Part shown: one piece after another, positions 37,582 through 50,586 of the stretch
Layout of the letters: each line of letters begins with the position of its first letter
Position numbering within the stretch: the stretch's first letter is position 1
From: Nemertoderma westbladi
Lineage: Eukaryota > Animalia > Xenacoelomorpha
Length of the DNA stretch: 64,000 bases
Direction: 5' to 3'
Assembly: GCA_032718475.1 (NCBI GenBank)
Contig: JAUCBJ010003225.1
Location: forward strand, 1-64,000
The notes under the pieces: model-generated
The model's input: the letters and a program-made list of their open reading frames with translations, nothing else
Databases searched by the model: none
Told to the model about the DNA's origin: nothing
Position numbers and translations under genes: made by a program

Positions 37582-38271
37582 GTTAGTGAATGTATAACAT
37601 TGTGAGAGAGACATGGACGACCTGTTCAAATATATACTACATCGGCGAATTTAATATTTCGTCTAGCGACATCATTGGGAAAAGAACAGATTGAAGGACA
37701 GGCTTTTCTTACCAAAACATAACAATAATCGAGTCAATAGTACAGGTTACAGCTTCATTTTGACTATTTTATTTTCAACTTGATGGTATTTGCTTAGATT
37801 TTCCCGTTGGTAAGGATTTGATTGTGTAAAGTCCCCCCCCCCCCCCCCCCCCCCATCAGAATATTGTTGTTTCATGATAATAAGTTATTTACTTTTAAAC
37901 AGAATGTATTTAAATTGCTATTTCACAAATTAAGAAATGTATTCTTCAGTAAATTATGAAAGAAAATATTTTCAACGACTTTCTGACTGAAATGATGTGA
38001 CAAATAACTTATTGTGCAGGTTTGCGAAATATTTATTCATAAAATCAATATAAACAATTTCAATGTTCAATGAATTTGATCTCGTAATCCTGTATAATCC
38101 CAGATGATCTTTTGACGTTTTGTATTTCACCATTAAACTGACTACCTACCTACCTACATTGTACGGCAGACATTGCACTTACACAACTATACTCATAGAC
38201 TGTAGAGGATAATCTACAATTTTATAAAATTAATGTTTAATAACAATCAGCAAATTTTTAGAGTCAAAATA

Positions 38272-38328
38272 GGCTGGGTAACGCCAGACTTCCATTCTGG
38301 AGGTTATGAGTTCGATCCCACCTGGACG
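38272..38328 (+). other. Degenerate tRNA-like head (probably another SINE family)
   Basis: B-box-like GAGTTCGATCCC; no complete cloverleaf. Confidence 0.35.
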
Positions 38329-38696
38329 TCATCCACCGAATTTGCTAGGTGGTGCCCAACGAAGATTTCAATAATATTAAACTACTCATCCACCAAAAAT
38401 ACCAAAAATAATTACAAAAATATGATGCGATGGCGTAATGTTTGTCACTTTTGTGCGAGAACTTACTTATATGCCATATACAATTGTATACTGTACATAA
38501 AGTGGGGTAGTATGTAGTGGCGTAGTATGCCGAAATAATATAGATTTTGTTTTGGGGGATAGCAAAAAGTCTAAATTACGACCCCCCCCCCCCCCCTTAA
38601 TGCAGTGCCAAGCAAGAGTTCATGACCCCAACGTCAAGGAGGGCCTTACAAAGTACAGTATGTGAATAATTGAATGGGATAATCTTTTAGGCTCGT

Positions 38697-38925
38697 TAAG
38701 CAAGGAATGCCTGATCACCACCATGGCTGATCTTCCACAGTAAACCCTTCCACTCTGTTTGCCAAGTTGCCTTGGTTCCCATATATCGACCACTGAAGGA
38801 TGAAAGCCGGGGTTGGGCTAGGCTGCAGCATTTAAAGCACTGTGCCCAAACAGTGCTGCTCAATCTAGGGATCGAACCCGGGCTCCCTAATCGGAAGCAC
38901 AGAAATCTCACCACTAGACCAAGCC
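38697..38925 (-). mobile_element. tRNA-derived SINE copy with a single 63-bp segment
   Basis: Reverse complement of the 23351 family. Confidence 0.88.
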
Positions 38926-41900
38926 TAGCTAAATGTGAATAATTGAATATGAATTTTTTTTTATAAACATACAATAATTAAATAAATATTTGGAAAAACA
39001 TCGAAGTATTAATTGATATTATTAACCTTAATGTAAGGCTGTGGTTTGTCATATGTAACATATATCGTATAAAAGGTTTAAAAAAATACTCAAAAAACAA
39101 GCCAAGAAATGTGTTTCTTTCGGAACACTTTCTGTGTCTTCTGAAACAACTGTAAAATAATACACCCATACCTAGTTCCTCCATACATATAGGTAGCTGA
39201 CATGGAATTTCTGTTTTCTTCAAATCCTTCCTGTTCTGTGCCATATAATTATTTCACACATTTTATGCCAAATCACATAAGGGGAGGGGGGGGGGGGGGG
39301 GGGGGGGATTTCGACACAATCTAAATTCATCCCTCTCCAGGGGAAAATCAAAATCGACGCAAATTACAGCTGATTAATATCAAAAATAAAACTGTTACCT
39401 GTTCTATTGACTTTCGTTTATTGTTTTGGTTAGAATAACGTGCCACTGTAACCTACTCCATTCCCTTAATTGTTAATTTAACATTGGGGCGCGATATTAA
39501 TTCGCCGAGGCGAATTAATCGTCCCCCCCTATCTCGCTAAATAATATGATATAATAATAGCTTTGAGTCAAGCAGAAATAATGATACAAGCGTATAGGCA
39601 ATTTAAATTTGATGGTTTTTGTCTGTAATTCTGTGTCAGAAATTCGTAAGTCCATATTGTCCAAGTAGCTAAATTATTTTACTGGTTAAAACAAGCGAAG
39701 ATAAAAGCTTTAATTTGTTATTCTAATTTCTTCGACCTTGTCTAAAGAGCAGTAAGCACAGCTTAGGAATGTTATGGAAAGGCCAGTGACCCAGTTAAAA
39801 ATAGGCATGCGATTCACATAAGAGCAATGTATGGGTAACTAGCGTGATTCATACAAATCTGACCGACGCTTTACAATGCAAACTACTTGACCACTCATTC
39901 ACACTAATATCGTGATAATTTGGTTCATTTACTTTAAACTCACATGTCATTCACTATTGGCGGAATTTATTATACGTTTTCCTGATATATGGCAGAAATA
40001 TCCCGTTATATATGTCTATATTAAATTCCACTAATTTAAACATTAGATACATAATCTTGATCGATACATCTTTCCAAGATTTAATCATATTTATTGTAGC
40101 ACACTTGTTTTCGATTTAAAATTTATCACATTGCGGATCTTCAAAGACGACCAGTTTGTATTTCTTACTAAATGTTCACACATGAGCCTCATGTAGTAAC
40201 ACTGCCAAATGTTCAAATTTGTTTACTCGCGCGAATTTGTCCATATTCCGTTCTCAACCTATAAACAAACAGTCCGAAGACTTTGTAGCGAAATCTTGCT
40301 AGAATACTGTTTGCATGTAGGCCCCTCCCTACATTTCAAATCGTGAATTCGCTGAGTATAGGGCACTCCAAAATGGTTGCGATTATATTATAAATTTTAT
40401 TCTATTATTTTGTGATACATTACTAATACGCTGCCTTACATAAGCTTTACGCAAGCTTAGATATGCTTTTCATAAATTGACTTATACACAAATATGTAAT
40501 GTTAACCTGTGTGCATTAGTTATCTTCAACTCACGAGACGATATCCCTCACAATTGGAGAAAAGCTCAACAATATGCCACTTTTAACCGTGTCATCTGAG
40601 TTGTCTGGTCTTGAGGACACACACATACATGGGAAGTAAACTAAGTTGTGGATCTGCTCGCAGCAAGCCATAGCTAAATAAACGAAAGACCTGGAGCTGC
40701 TTGACCAAAGGCTACATTTTCCGGATGTTGCCATTTCTATTCTCGGCTGCATGGCTCAGAAACTCCAAGAGTTTTCATAGTTCGAAATTCAGAGCCCGGA
40801 TCAAAGATCAAAGTACACTGCACCGGTAGTAGTGTGACAAGAACACGATGTGCAATACATCTTCCTCCATCATTTGCCACCATCTGCCACCGAGTTGCTA
40901 ATTATCCTAGTTATTTTATTTTAAAAATATCACCGTCATTTGAGAAGAACAGAATATATTTTTATTTTTGTGGAAATTCACTGAACTGTAAGCAGGATTT
41001 GGGATTAATAAATTATATCAAAAGTGGTTTCAGAAACAATATTAATCTTAGTATATAATGCAATCAGGGATTGTACCAAACAACTTGTGTAAAATAACAA
41101 TCTATTCGAATAAAATAAAATTGTGTTACCTTGTGAATCCAATGGTTTTATCACTATAATTATTAATGAGCCAAAAGAGAGACGCATGCCGTATTATTAT
41201 CTATCACATGCAATACCTTTTTTCGCTCAGGAGTTTGCAAAACTTCCAAAAATATTGGTCAGCATTATTCAGAATTTTTATTATCTTTAATTCGTTCAGT
41301 TTTGCTTATATTTTACGTGTATATCTTTATTTTATATCAATCACTGTATTAAAATCCTATTGTCAGAAAATCAAAGATATTAACACCTTGGTCTAAACTC
41401 CTGCAAGGGATTAAATGCTGGAAAGAAATCTAGGATCGAAATCCATTGAGTAAATTAATGGCAGTAATGCTGGTTGGTGGCAGTTAGGAGGTAGCTGGGG
41501 GCGATCATTCCCCATGTGAATGCCGCAACGTGTGATTATAGTGCATGCTGATACGTAATGATTTATGTGTTTCATGGGTGCCTGTGCAGAGAACTAGTTA
41601 TCATGACTTTAGTATGTTATCAAAAAGCGTGGACCTTAATGAGACGCCCATTTGACACCTCATTTATCCTTCCTACTTTTCTGATGATCACCAATTTTAA
41701 TGTCAAATCAATCCCATGAGTGAGTGAGTATATGGATGCTTACATACAAAACGTGCTAATATACATATCATAAACTGCTGGGATCCTACCTTACCATGCG
41801 ATGACTGCCTGATTGCTTGCTATGGCAGCTTGATTGCTTTTTTATGATTGCTTGAGTGATGCTATAATTGTGTAATTGGATCGACTGCTTGCGATGATTG

Positions 41901-41960
41901 CTATAAAATTGACCATAGCATTCTAGAATCAATGTCTTATAGTCACGGACTACTGAAGCA

Positions 41961-43600
41961 AGGACCGGCACACTGTAAGTCCAGACTTTGCTAGCGAAGG
42001 CCATGTTTCATGTTTATGTTTCCGGTAACCAGTTGAACTGATACATACTTCTCATCCTGGGTTAAAAATATGGAGAATCTATTTTTGTTATTCGTTTTTC
42101 AATTACATGTTGCTTTCATGTATTATTTTCTATATTTTAATGTTTCTTAATAATGTAGACTAGCTGTATACAGGTATAGGCTGATAGGCCTCGTTCTATA
42201 GTTCAGGTAACCCACCGAAGCGGCATAGCACTCACTGGCTGACGTAGTCTGTAGTAGTTATATTTTGCCATACAACCGTTTACCAGACAGCCAGAACGAG
42301 ACCACTGGATTGCCGCATTGCCAATGCGACTCGGCGATGACTGGGTGATGGTTCGCCTTTCATCTAAGAGAAGAAAGCGGTCATCTGTATCACCCACTGG
42401 CGAGAGTTTCCCCGAGGATGTTCCACACATCAAGTGCGCACTACTGTACTATGTTCCAATATTTATGTTTCCGCAGTGAATTCCGCTAGTGATCGCTTGT
42501 TGTTGCGTCACTGCCTGGGACCAAATAACCAACTGTTCCGAAAAGAGACACAGATCCCCGAAGCGCTATAGGGTACCTCCAGAAGGCCCACGAACATATT
42601 TTGAAGGTCGTCGACTCTGGTACCAGAGTCAGTTGGAGTTTATGACTCGCCAACTTGAACTAAATTGTTCGAAGACATTTTCACAGGTTGATCAAATGAT
42701 CACAATCCAAGGTTATCCATTAAGTTACAGTACCGGATTCTGTGGACTATTGCAATATCGCCTTCATAGAACAAAATCTGACCTTTCCCAAAAATAAAAC
42801 TGTAACCAGTTTTATTGACTTTAGTTTATTATTTTGGTTATAATAACGTACCACTGTATACTGCTCCTTTCACAAAATTGAGAATATAACATTAAGGCGG
42901 GTTATTAATTCACCGAGATGAAATTTGCATCCAGGTTCCCCCCTTGTCTCGCCTGAGCACAGAGAGACTACAAAACTGACACACATTTCTCTACAGAAGA
43001 GTCACACTATTTCCTATTTTATGTTAAATTTTCAGGATTGTTACTTAATCTATTTAATTAATGAAGAGCCCATACCAGAACCATTGATATGTTTACACGC
43101 TGGAGTGGGGTATATTGGGTCAGCAATAGTAATTAATAATAAATTAAATAAGGTAATATAAATAAGTTAATATAAATAAAGTAATAACATAAAGTACCCG
43201 ATGGTAATAATAAGTATGGTATTAATATAAGTGATAATATAAAATAGCCAATCATAAATAGGCCTATAAATAAAGTAGTTATAAATTAATGAAATGCATC
43301 TTTAATGATCTTAAAACAAATAATAAAAAAAATAATAGGCCCTACATAGAAACTAAATAACGTCACCTGATAATGTAGGACTTCAAAAGGACACAACGAA
43401 AGGAACTAGGCCTAAATAATTTATAAACACAAAAAAATATAGAAAACAATTCATGAAAGCAACAGATAATTGAAAAACTAATACCAGAAATAGATTCTCC
43501 ATAACTTTTTTCCCAGGATGAGTATGTTTAACATTCAAACTGGTTACAAATACAACATGGCCTTCGCTAGCGAAGTCTGGATTTACCCTATGCCAGTCCT
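41961..43600. mobile_element. ~1.65-kb non-autonomous TIR element
   Basis: aggaccggca..gtaagtccagactttgctagcgaaggccatgtt (41961-42007) is inverted to aacatggccttcgctagcgaagtctggatttac..tgccagtcct (43554-43600). Confidence 0.75.
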
Positions 43601-43883
43601 GTAGTCTTTGCTTCTAGTTAAAGAAAATTTTTTATAGGCTTCCTCAAGCTCAGAAAAACCGAGTTCCGCAAGAAAGACTCTCGCTGAGGAATGGCTCTCG
43701 GGCTCTCCCTTCCAATCAGTTTGTCCTAAGAATTGTTTGTAGTGGTAATACAAGGCATTGGATACGCATTGGACGCAATTGAGCAATTTGTTGTTGCCTG
43801 ACATTGTACCTATGACATGGTACTTATGAGCATGTATGTGCAATCAACTTTATGTGATCCCCTAGAAGCATTGTGTTGGTGTT

Positions 43884-44439
43884 GATGGGCAGCCTTGAAT
43901 AGGCTTTCCAGGATTTGGAAGTCACCGAGAATTAATCGGAAACTTAAGATCCGATTATTTAGAGCAGCAGTAGTTCCAGTACTCCTCTACGGGAGTCCAT
44001 GCTGGGCTCTAACTGCTGAGGACACCAAATCTCTGGATGGCACATTCACAAGAATGCTACGTCGGGCTCATTGTGTTAAGTACAATGCACACATCTCCAA
44101 CCAGACACTATATAACATTGGAGGTGTCTCATTGGTTCCCCCACGCTTGACACTAGAACAAAATCGCCTCCGCTTTGCAGGACATTGCTTTCGCCGTGAG
44201 GACCAGCCAGTGCATAATCTTGTACTTTGGCAGCCTCATGGAGTGAATAAGCATGGTGGACAGCCCATGACTTTCTTGAGACGCATCTTAAAGGACACTG
44301 GCCTTAAAGATGCGGATGATCTAGCAAATGTCATGGGTGATAGGGAGTTGTGGCGGTGCAATTTTGTTGACAAGCCGGCACAGCATTCCTAAAAATGCAG
44401 CTGCAATGCAGCACGCCGATCCTAGTAGTAGTAGTAGTA
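43884..44439 (+). mobile_element. 5'-truncated RTE with 11-bp TSD
   Basis: Near-identical to ~5493-6050; TSD gtgttggtgtt at 43873-43883 and 44440-44450. Confidence 0.95.
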
Positions 44440-47400
44440 GTGTTGGTGTTACGCTGTTGCTCGTTTTGGAATTTCCTTTCATTTTCTTGGTTCTCCTTGC
44501 TATTATGGCTTGCTATGGTTGGTTACCTGGCTATTTGCTATTATTGTTTGATTGCCTGCTACGTTTACTTTACCTGCGTAACCTTACAAATCCGTAACCT
44601 GTTTTGGTTTTCGATGAGAACCGGCTACAACTTTTACTAATCTTTGTTTCTATCTTGAATTATTGAACTGAATATTGTTGGATATTTTTAAAAACGACCT
44701 TTCGAATATTCTTTATATATTTTTATGACAGCTAAATATTTTTATTTTATATATATTAAATTGAATCATGATATAACTGATCTTCTAGATGGTAGTTCTC
44801 ATTAAGCTAAAAAAGCGGTAGCGTTCTCATTACCAACTTAGCTTACGTTATTATGTGCCATGCCTATCTATGTAAACTTAAGCTAACGTAACTTATTGAA
44901 TTGAATTTGAAAGGCATCTGCTAAATATATTCAAAATAAATATTAAAGGTTTTGTAATATGGGGATATTTGAAAGTCTTCAACTTATTTTTCTGCTATAA
45001 ATTATCCTGCTTTTATTTGTGTTATTATTTTGTGTTATTGTTTATTTGTATTATTTGTGTTGTATTATTATGTTATTTTATGAATTATTCATCTGTATTA
45101 TACAAGAATGCCATTGTCGTATGGTTTAGTAATACCCCCATTAAAATTAAAGCAACTAAATTAATTCGATAATCACTTTCAGCAACATCAACTGTTAGAA
45201 ATAAACAAGGAACGATTGTCCTACACGACTACAGTATTTCCACGACACAATCTCTATTCTCATTTTGAACTACCCTGCTCCAAAACCGTAAGGGGGTGGG
45301 TGGGTGCACTGGTTTAATAAGCAAACATTTATCAGTATATCTCCATCGGTTTTACATGGGGTAATGTTAACACCATCGTACCGTACATCCCATAAACCAT
45401 GCTGAACGGCTTGATATGTATGATAAAGATAATTGCCCGTCCAAGGGTTAAAGGGTGACAACACGGTCCATTAGCGTGACATAGCCTAGGTGAACGTAGT
45501 ACATTAACGATATCCTAAAATACCGGTGAAGAGAAATGTAAGAGGGGAGATTAGTGGCTAATTCCTACTAATTCGGGGACTAACTGTGTGTGACCAACTC
45601 TAAAAGTTGTATCGTTTTTATTAACATGAGAACATAAACTGCATTCTGGTGAAAAGTTATGAGAGTGAGAAAAGGAGAAAACTTATAGGTGAGTGAGGCA
45701 TTGGCATTAATGATCACAGAACAAGTTGTTCAATTTATTTTGTGTTCTTTGAAGCAGGTTTGATCGTGAGTTTGCATAATTGATTACGTTTTTAAACAAA
45801 TCAGACATCCGCTAATATTCTTTGAAGAATTTTATTTTCATTCAGTGAGTACAATATATCTAATTTGAGGCATTCTGTGGAATATATCAGTATTTGAGGC
45901 TTGCGCTGCCCCAGGATTGTGGAAACGGGACCTGATTCATTAAAACAACGAACGAGAGTTTTCCCTTCCTATACTGAGTGGAGCTTGCCTTAGGGTAGTA
46001 GATCAATCCCTAGTAGTTTGGTTATCGAGAAGGTCGTATTTAATTGGCAGTATCGCCTGAAGAACTATGACCTCGGAGTAAATAAAAAAATATTAAAAAT
46101 ATTGGATTCCATCTGATATTGGGACTACTAAAAGATAATATTATAAATTTTATGACAATTATATTTCTTTATTACAACAAAGCGTTATGTGTTAAAAATA
46201 ATTTAAAATTAATAATTAAAAGTTATTAAATTAAAAATAAATATATATTAAAATTTATATAAATCAGCCTGATTGGGGTCGTCCCCATGTCGCAGTTCCA
46301 CTATAATTATAATTTGTAGTTGAGGTGAGCGGCTAGTTGTAGTGGTGTTAGATTATAAATTTTATACAAAACCAACACTATCGAACTCTTGGCTCAAACT
46401 GATGCAGTTCGCGAGATCATTTGATTTCTTCCGACTTGTTAAAAAAATATTTTTAATTAAATTTAGTTCCTTTTACAATGTTGAGTGGATTGAAGAGTTA
46501 TTTTATTAACTGCAGTTGTCATATCTCAGCATCCATTAAGTAAAGTGATGAAACGTGTCCGTGTGGTGCTCAGGTGCACAGGAAACAGAGAGATGTCACA
46601 AAGTTCCGCGGTACAAGTACCGGGGTGTCCTTAGAGTAAAACAACCCTTATCTATAGGTCAGTGTATTAACTTAATTAAATACGGGAACCCCTTATACAC
46701 ATAGCAATACAGTGCATTAATTAATGCGCTGAACTTTCAATCATATTTAAGCGCACAACTGTATACATCAATCTTCCAACAGCCCAAATCATTTCACATT
46801 TATTACTAAATAACGGTTGGGAATTGGGGAAAGAAAAGGTTTCGATAGTTACAGAGTGTTAAACCTTGGGAGTTAAATGGCGCCTTCTATGTACTTCAGG
46901 TAACAGCAAATATATTGTAGCCTTCGGGTGGCATCAAGTGTTTGTTATTCACGGAGAATTTAAGAATATCTTTTAACATCAGCAAAGTATATGCCATAAC
47001 AAAATAAATTTATAAAACACTTTACGTAACCACAATTTTAGATTGTAATTGAGTACAATAAGATGCAGCTAAAGATATTCCTGTTAAGTAATGATGAATA
47101 GGAAAAATTCCAAATTTAATTTAAACCTTTTACGGTGTTTACTTAGGGTGTGCTGAGCGAGGTGTACATTTGGGATTACCAATTTAGAGCAGTACATGTG
47201 TTAAATTACTGATGATCAATATTTTCACAGTTTTCCGTGTATTTTACAGTGTTTTTCCTATGTTTTCCTAGTATTTATTTAATTTAAGAAGTCAATATCG
47301 TTTGTTCTACAACTAACTCTACTTGTTGCAATCAGGTTGCCTATTTCTTATCTTTTCATCTTCCTCTATCAGCAAATGTATAGAAATCGAGTATCGAGAA

Positions 47401-47879
47401 ATCGATCGAGTTTTGTATTTAGATTGATAATAGAAATTTATTGATTCCTCCATCATGCGAGATGACCTAATATTAGCAAACAAAATACATCATACAAAAT
47501 CGGACTTTGTCCTGTAGAGGTAAACATACATTATCTGCACTACATAGACAGACATCAAAACATATGTTGATGTGCTATTTAATTAGGCCACATAATGTGT
47601 GGAATGCTCATTCAATCTATTCATTTATTCAATTGCCTATTGTATTCAGCAGCACGATAAAATCTGAGGCGAGAATAAATATTCCTAATAAAACGAAATT
47701 AGACATTTTGGTGGCCAAGTTGTCGGATTTCATTATAATGTTTCATCTCAATTGACTAGGGATCATCCTGTTATTACGTCAGCATTTTTCGCCCGATTTC
47801 TTAGACTTGCCTACCTAATAGTTATTAGGTCGCCATCAGGAGCCTGAGACCAGTCTTGCCTATCGAAAATTACTATTTA

Positions 47880-48230
47880 TTTAAAGGTTTTTAGGTTAAG
47901 GGGCGATTCCGATTCGGTCCATTGCTGAGAATGGAAACAATCGGTATTAGTTGAGTAACGTTTCAGCCTTCCCGCCCACCCTAGCCTGGACGTGTGATGC
48001 ACATGGTATATGGCTTGGTGTGTAGTGTTGAATTGTGACACGAGTGGTATCCAACTGGAAATTGCAGTACACAAATTGGATTTTGGACCAAATGAAATGT
48101 GCGTTAAGCGGGTCATCTAAATAATGATGTCTGATGACGTCAGAAATAGACTTTTCACCTTCATCCAACCTAATATGTCAGCTGCATTCGTCAAATGGGG
48201 CTGAGGACCTACCTCGAAATGCTGATCTAA
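47880..48230 (-). pseudogene. Possible degenerate DIRS/Ngaro-type RT fragment
   Basis: AFRGRSSAPF followed by HHYLDD resembles PFGxRSSP...HYLDD; stops present. Confidence 0.35.
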
Positions 48231-48669
48231 TAAAAGGAGGACATGTAAAAACATTCTAAATAATTAAGTAAAATAACATCAGAATTAATCGATTATAATA
48301 TCAGCATGGTAGATGTAATTTATGAGTTATGCTTTTTAATTTGTTTACCGAGTATGACTGGATTGTCGGTTAGATTTATGAATAAGTTTATTTTAATACA
48401 ATTAATTATTATGTCTGGACTCTCTTGGTCACAAGTCACATCCATATTCTTAATTTTTTTTGGCACTATATAAAAAGGAAGTACAATATAAATTACTTAT
48501 AAGCGTATTATTAATTAAGAAAATACCGCTTACTGTACAGTAAAACAGTGCAGCATTTTTATAGTTGAGATATGTATGCATGTGGCTCGTTAATTTTGCA
48601 CATAAAAATGCCCCCAATCATTTTTTATATATAATTTTACATAAATAGGTAAAATATAACAACGTTACG

Positions 48670-50586
48670 ATGCTCTTCCAAGGACTTATTCTCTTAGCGA
48701 TTCTAGTTAATGGAAAGAGCTCGCCGATCTGGACTTATGTCTGCAACACTATTTACGTGGAAGAAGATGGGTTGTGTGAGAAGCAGTTTAGTAGAATTAA
48801 TGAAAGTGTCCAAAGTTTGGCTACATGTCGACTTCGCTGCGGCACACAGGTGCTGTGGCCCCAGCCAAGGGAGTTTGTATCCAGTCACAATGTAACTTGG
48901 TTTTCTGCTGATGATATATTATTAGCAACCGTCCCATTGGAAGTGTCTTTCTCAAGACCGAATGAAGACGGCAAACGCCTGCTAGACCAAGCGACATTAA
49001 TATTTAAAGAAACATTAGCAAAGATGTACCCTCCAGGGATAAAACCAACAGCTACTGGTGTTAAATTCTATCTGTATGCTTCAATCAAAGATGCCAATTC
49101 ACGATTTGTTATAGGAGAAACTAGTGAAGAATATATTCTTTCAGTGACTAATGATGGAAATGATGGTAAGACTACTACCATAAAAGCAGAAATTAAAGCA
49201 GAAACTTTCTATGGGGCCAGACATGGTTTGGAAACCCTCTCTCAGTTGTTAGCTTACGACAATATTGAGAAGAACTTGGTTGTTGTAACAGATGCCACAG
49301 TAGTTGATTCTCCAGTATATCCATACCGAGGTATTCTTATTGATACAGCACGGAATTACGTTACAGTAAATGAACTAAAGAAAGTGATAAATGGTATGTC
49401 AATGAACAAATTGAACCATCTGCATTGGCATATAACAGATAGTGCTAGTTTCCCATTGGTCATTTCTTCTCAACCAAACATGACATTATATGGAGCGTAC
49501 AGCCCTGACATGGTTTACAGTAAGACAGATGTAAATGAGCTAATTGAATATGCCAATTTACGGGGTGTTGTCATAGTGCCGGAGATTGATGCACCTTCCC
49601 ATACCGCTAGTGGTTGGCAGTGGGGCGAATCAGCTGGTTTAGGGACCTTTGTTGCATGCTTGAATATCCGGGATTGGATGAAATACTGCGATGGTCCACC
49701 ATGCGGCCAGTTAAACCCAGCCAATCAACAGATGTATGATGTACTCTATGACATTTATAACGATGTCATTGATATGTTTAAAGCGCCAAATTTGTTTCAC
49801 ATGGGGGGCGATGAAATTAAAATTGAATGTTGGAAAACATCAGAAGAAATACAAAATTATGTGTATGAACACAGTCTATCTTATATGGACCTGTGGGCTG
49901 AATTTCAAAGAAAAGCTCTAAATGCCATTCAGAAACATTATGGTACTGATAAACCAGTTTCAACTATTATCTGGACCAGCAAATTGACCATTGATGGAAA
50001 TTTGCAAACCTATTTGAATAATAAAGACTACATAATACAAATTTGGACCAAAATTGACGATGAACAAGTGAATACATTATTAGAAAACAATTACAGAATT
50101 ATTTTATCGAATTCTGATGCTCTTTATCTGGATTGTGGATTTGGATCCTGGGTTGGACCACCTGGCGTTAATTGGTGCTCGCCATATAAGGACTGGAAGA
50201 CCATATATGAAAACGACCCAAAGAAGCTTCTTAAGAATTGGGATGTTAAAGGACATTTAGTGTTGGGTGGTGAAGCAGCGTTGTGGACGGAAGAGGTCGA
50301 TGATCTTCATGTTGGTGAACGCATCTGGCCGAGGGCTTCAGCTATGGCAGAACGATTCTGGACGGATCCAACACAGAATTACCAAAAGGCAGAACGTCGA
50401 TTAGTCTACCACCGGGACCGCATGGCCAGGCGAGGTATTACACCAGCTGCTATTCAACCCCTATGGTGCCTTCAGAATGAGGCTATGTGCTTCAGCAATC
50501 CGCCTTCATTCGCTGCGAAAGCTAACTCAAACAGTTTTTTATTCCTATTCCTTGTTGTTAACAGCCTTGATTGTATTATGTCCTAA
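48670..50586 (+). CDS. GH20 beta-N-acetylhexosaminidase (chitooligosaccharidolytic/NAG1-like), uninterrupted CDS, 638 aa
   Basis: Signal peptide; LWPQP, YGARHGLETLSQL, DSPVYPYRGILIDTARN, KLNHLHWHITDSASFP, PEIDAPSH, catalytic HMGGDE, LYLDCG, WCSPYKDW, GGEAALWTE, IWPRASA, QPLWC; hydrophobic C-tail. Confidence 0.96.
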   Translation: MLFQGLILLAILVNGKSSPIWTYVCNTIYVEEDGLCEKQFSRINESVQSLATCRLRCGTQVLWPQPREFVSSHNVTWFSADDILLATVPLEVSFSRPNEDGKRLLDQATLIFKETLAKMYPPGIKPTATGVKFYLYASIKDANSRFVIGETSEEYILSVTNDGNDGKTTTIKAEIKAETFYGARHGLETLSQLLAYDNIEKNLVVVTDATVVDSPVYPYRGILIDTARNYVTVNELKKVINGMSMNKLNHLHWHITDSASFPLVISSQPNMTLYGAYSPDMVYSKTDVNELIEYANLRGVVIVPEIDAPSHTASGWQWGESAGLGTFVACLNIRDWMKYCDGPPCGQLNPANQQMYDVLYDIYNDVIDMFKAPNLFHMGGDEIKIECWKTSEEIQNYVYEHSLSYMDLWAEFQRKALNAIQKHYGTDKPVSTIIWTSKLTIDGNLQTYLNNKDYIIQIWTKIDDEQVNTLLENNYRIILSNSDALYLDCGFGSWVGPPGVNWCSPYKDWKTIYENDPKKLLKNWDVKGHLVLGGEAALWTEEVDDLHVGERIWPRASAMAERFWTDPTQNYQKAERRLVYHRDRMARRGITPAAIQPLWCLQNEAMCFSNPPSFAAKANSNSFLFLFLVVNSLDCIMS

